The translations under genes were made by a program, and so were the position numbers. The notes below the pieces were generated by a model, which made no database searches, had not been told where the DNA came from, and saw only the letters and a list, made by a program, of their open reading frames with translations. Below are positions 22,815 to 27,126 of a stretch of 27,126 bases of DNA, one piece after another. How positions within the stretch are numbered: the stretch's first letter is position 1; the number at the start of each line of letters is the position of its first letter. The stretch is from Octopus sinensis (lineage: Eukaryota): the NCBI RefSeq assembly GCF_006345805.1, contig NW_021833397.1, forward strand, positions 1-27,126, read 5' to 3'.

Positions 22815-23032
22815 TTCTTTTATCCTTTTATTTGTTTCTGTCGTTTGACTGCGACCATGCTGGAGCACCACCTTTAGTCGAAGAAATCGACCACAAGACT
22901 TACCCTTTGTAAGCCAGGTACATATTCAATTGGTCTCTTTGCCGAACCGCTAAGTTACGGGGACGTAAACACACCATCGGTTGTCAAGCGATGGTAGGAG
23001 GACAGACATAAACATCCAAACACCCAAACACC

Positions 23033-23069
<37 letters not shown>

Positions 23070-23232
23070 GACGGGCTTCTTTCAGTTTCCGTCTACCAAA
23101 TCCACTCACAAGGCTTTAGTCGGCCCGAGGCTATAGTAGAAGACACCTGCCCAAGTTGCCACGCTGTGGGACTGAATCCGGAACCATATGGTTGGGAAGC
23201 AAGCTTCTTACCACACAGCCACGCCTGTGCCT
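22815..23232 (-). mobile_element. SINE family A, full length
   Basis: Head aggcacaggcgtggctgtgtggtaag (box A), gttccggattcagtccc, CORE-like motif, (TG)n, and 3' ggtgctccagcatggtcgcagtcaaacgacagaaac. Confidence 0.9.
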
Positions 23233-23296
23233 ATACACACATAATACACACACACACACACACACACACCACACACACACACACACAGTGTCATTA

Positions 23297-23463
23297 TACG
23301 ACGCGCTTCTTTCAGTTTCCGTCTACCAAATTCACTCACAAGGCTTTGTTCGGCCCAAGGCTATAGTAGAAGACATCTGCCCACTGTGCCACGCTGTAGG
23401 ACTGAATCCGGAACCATGTGATTGGTAAGCAAGCTACTTACCACACAGTCACTCCTGCGCCTA
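23297..23463 (-). mobile_element. Duplicated SINE A head
   Basis: Near copy of 23068-23232 that also repeats the adjacent flank. Confidence 0.85.
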
Positions 23464-24448
23464 TACACACATAATACACACACACACACACACAGTGTCA
23501 TTATTCATAGGTAACATCCGTTTCTGACAGCTGATTTCTATACCTATCTCTGCATGTGCGCGCGTACGTACATTTATGTGCGTTGTCTAATTACTATGCG
23601 TACGCGAGCGCATGAGCATGTGCGCTTCCTAAAGACGTTAATGTCTGCATGCGGTCGCCATATATCGGTATCTTCATTTCCCTTCTTACAGCGCTGCTTA
23701 CTGCACGTGTAAATAGTACCTTGTACTGCACGTGTAAATAGTACATGTGCGTATGATTATGCATCAGCGTGTGTGGACGACTCGGTGTAAGTGACTGCGT
23801 GTTTGTGAGACGTGTTTCGTATCGCTAATTACGGTTGGATTTCTGCATGTATGTACGTGTGTATATTTGTGTGGGTGTAGAAACACATGTATATGCCATA
23901 GGCGGAAGTAGTTAAAAAAAACTGCATGGGGTTTGTTGTTTGCGAAATGAGGTATATCGCTAAAGATGAAGAAATTGTCACAAAGTCGTAATTATGATGT
24001 ATTTTCTTATTAGCGATCCTACTTGGCGATTAGGATTTCTTTGAAAAATAGAGAAACTGCGGTGTGTGTTGTATCTCTTTGGATTTTGTGAGATGCACTT
24101 CACACGTAACACGTACAGGAGTTAATTTATTCACATCCGCACGTTATCTCAAATGGTATATACACATATTTACACACACACGCACACACGCGCGCGCGCA
24201 CACACACACACACACACGCACACACACATATATATATATATGCATAGAGACGTGTGCAACTATATGTGTTTGTGGGGATATGTAAGCACACAAAATTACA
24301 CACACAGAGACACACACACACATAAATATATACATACATATATAGATACATACAAACATAGATAGATACATATATAGATAGACAGACAGACAGACAGACA
24401 AATAGATAGATGGATGGATAGATGGATGGATGGAAGGATTGATGGATG

Positions 24449-24508
<60 letters not shown>

Positions 24509-24569
24509 CATACATACATACATACATACATACATACATACATACATACATACATACATAGATATGCCT

Positions 24570-24770
24570 TTCTTTATTCGTTGCTTCCGTCATTGGACTG
24601 TCGCCATGTTGGAGCACCGAAATAAAGTGCTTAGTCGATCAAATCGAACCGATGGTTTATTTTAAATCTGCTGTTTATTCTATGGGTATTTCTTAAAGAA
24701 CCACTACGATACGAAGATGTAAACAAACTAGCACCGATTATCAAGCAATGCTGTCGGTGACAAACACAAA
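24570..24770 (-). mobile_element. SINE family A 3' half, diverged
   Basis: gtcattggactgtcgccatgttggagcaccg..ttagtcgatcaaatcga..gtaaacaaactagcaccgattatcaagcaatg. Confidence 0.75.
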
Positions 24771-24802
24771 GGCTCACACGCATATATGTATATGCTTGTA
24801 AG

Positions 24803-24845
<43 letters not shown>

Positions 24846-25199
24846 TAATTAATTGAAGTGTACAGTATTATATATCCACTATGGCCGATCTTACCAATCG
24901 GTTTCACACTAGAGGTTCAACGGAGTGTTAGATAATAGTCCGATTATGTAACCCTGCGCTCATTAGAGGTAGCCGTTATGTAATGAAGCAGTGTCGGCTG
25001 CTTATTTTATACCATAATATACCTTTAATATACATATATATTTCGTTGCTATTACATTAAACTGTCGTATGTCTAAATTTGGCCAAATGCGTTTATTTTT
25101 CAATATTTAGTTTTGCTTGCAATAGTCGGTTCTTTTGGTCAAACTATTGTATCTCCAGCTGGTTCAGATGCCAAGATATCAAAAATTGTACAAAGTGTT

Positions 25200-25235
<36 letters not shown>

Positions 25236-25314
25236 GTAGTGGTGGTGGTGGTGGTGGTGGATATGATGATGATAGTGGTGGTGATGATGATGATGACAAC
25301 GATAACCATAATAA

Positions 25315-26072
25315 TGGTTTCAAATATTTCCACATGGGCAATAATGTTGGGGCAGGGGTTAAGTCGACCCCAGTATTCAACTGGTACTTAATTTATTGAC
25401 CCCCACCGAAAGGATGAAAGGCGAAGTCGACCTGGGCGGAATTTGAACTCAGAAAAGGTAGTGACGGGCGAAATACCTATTTCTTTACTACCCACAAGGG
25501 GCTACACAGAGAGGACAAACAAGTACAGACAAACGGATTAAGTCGATTACATGGACCCCAGTGCGTAACTGGTACTTATTTAATCGAACCCGAAAGAATG
25601 AAAGGCAAAGTCAACCTCGGCGGAATTTGAACTCAGAACGTAGCGGCAGACGAAATACCTATTTCTTTACCATCCAGAAGGGGCTAAACACAGAGGGGAC
25701 AAACAAGGACAGACAAACGGATTAAGTCGATTACATCGACCCCGAAAGGATGAAAGCCAAAGTCGACCTCGGCGGAATTTCAACTCAAAACGTAACAGCA
25801 GACGAAATACCGCTAAGCATTTTGCCCGGCGTGCTAACGATTCTACCATATAATAATGGCTTCAAATTTTGACACAAGGCCAACAATTTAGGGGGAAAGT
25901 GCAAGTGGATTACGTCGATCCCCAGTACTCAACTGGTACTTATTTTACCGACGTTGAAAGAATGAAAAGCAAATTTAATCTCGGCGGAATTTGAACTGAG
26001 TACGCGAAGACGGACAAAATGTCGCTAAGTATTTTTCCCGGCGCGCTAACGATTCTGCTAGCTCGCCGCCTT
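25315..26072 (-). mobile_element. SINE family C array (trimer 25315-25847 plus older monomer 25855-26072)
   Basis: Cores at about 25406, 25590, 25742 and 25955; heads at about 25800-25847 and 26015-26072. Confidence 0.85.
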
Positions 26073-26073
26073 T

Positions 26074-26074
26074 A

Positions 26075-26114
<40 letters not shown>

Positions 26115-26224
26115 TAGTAGTAGTAGTAGTAGTAGTAGTAGTAGCAACACCACCATCACCACTAGTAGTAGTAGCAACACCAACATCACCACTAGTAGTA
26201 GTAGCAGTAGTAGTGGTGGTAGTG

Positions 26225-26269
<45 letters not shown>

Positions 26270-26343
26270 AGATGATGAGGAGGAGGAGTTGTAATAACAG
26301 CAACGGCAGCAGTAATGATGATGATGATGATAAAAGGAATAGC

Positions 26344-26430
<87 letters not shown>

Positions 26431-26455
26431 TATAATAATGATAATAATAATAATA

Positions 26456-26525
<70 letters not shown>

Positions 26526-26530
26526 GTAAT
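26074..26530. repeat. (TAG)n, (GAT)n and (AAT)n trinucleotide microsatellites
   Basis: Directly visible. Confidence 0.97.
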
Positions 26531-27126
26531 ATGCATAATTAAAAAAATAATCAACAATGTGATATACGATGTTAGCTACAGAAATGTTGATTGTCCTCCT
26601 CCTCCTCCCGAGCCAACAAGTCACCGCACCCATCAACTAAACAAACATATCACATTAAAAGACGGCAGGGTGGCGTAACCAAAACCTTCTGACAAGCAAT
26701 AATAGCGCGAAAGGAGGCGGGTGTGTCAGACAGAAGGAGGAAAGGAAAAGCAAACACTGATCATCATAAAGCAGGGATAAGGAGTGGGGATTGTAGAAGA
26801 GGAGAAATGCGAATCAGTTGACATGTGTCCCCTCCAACCCTCACGCCTTAAAATATTTTATAGCTTTGTACATGCATTATACATGTATGTGTGTGTATGT
26901 GTTCGTATAAACGTGTGTATGTGTTCATACAAGCGTGTGTATGTGTGTATGTGTGTATGCATAGCGGTGTGTGTGTATATATACATGTGAGTATATTGTG
27001 TTAAACATCTAAATATACTAAAAACATCATAAATCATATGTACATACATCATAATAAATATCCGTACGAGACCACAGACTTTGAGAGTTTTAGCTTTCGT
27101 TTCATATGTTGCATACATAATCGTCA

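Overview
Eukaryotic, AT-rich, microsatellite-dense non-coding DNA. The repeat repertoire (several tRNA-derived SINE families, Dong/R4 and CR1-group LINEs, Penelope-like remnants) suggests a cephalopod mollusc, probably Octopus; this is inferred from recalled repeat families, not from a search. No intact host gene or convincing exon is visible, and most ORFs in the track are microsatellite or antisense artefacts. The only recognisable protein-coding content is decayed retrotransposon: a near-full-length but deleted and frameshifted CR1-group LINE on the minus strand (about 8664-13070; CCCH-finger ORF1, APE endonuclease, RT with YADD), a second endonuclease fragment, and two different Dong/R4-type 3' ends joined back-to-back near 745. 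Also present are two convergent non-autonomous Helitrons, two hAT-type MITEs, a Tigger-like end with an amplified 14-mer, a palindromic MITE and multimeric SINE arrays. The best leads are two copies of a minimal type I hammerhead-like motif with a non-canonical core, a LINE/SINE shared 3' recognition hairpin with a compensatory base pair, SINE head/tail module swapping, and several closely spaced inverted repeats able to form dsRNA. I found no evidence for a novel protein-coding system. Coordinates were read by eye and are approximate unless a motif is quoted.
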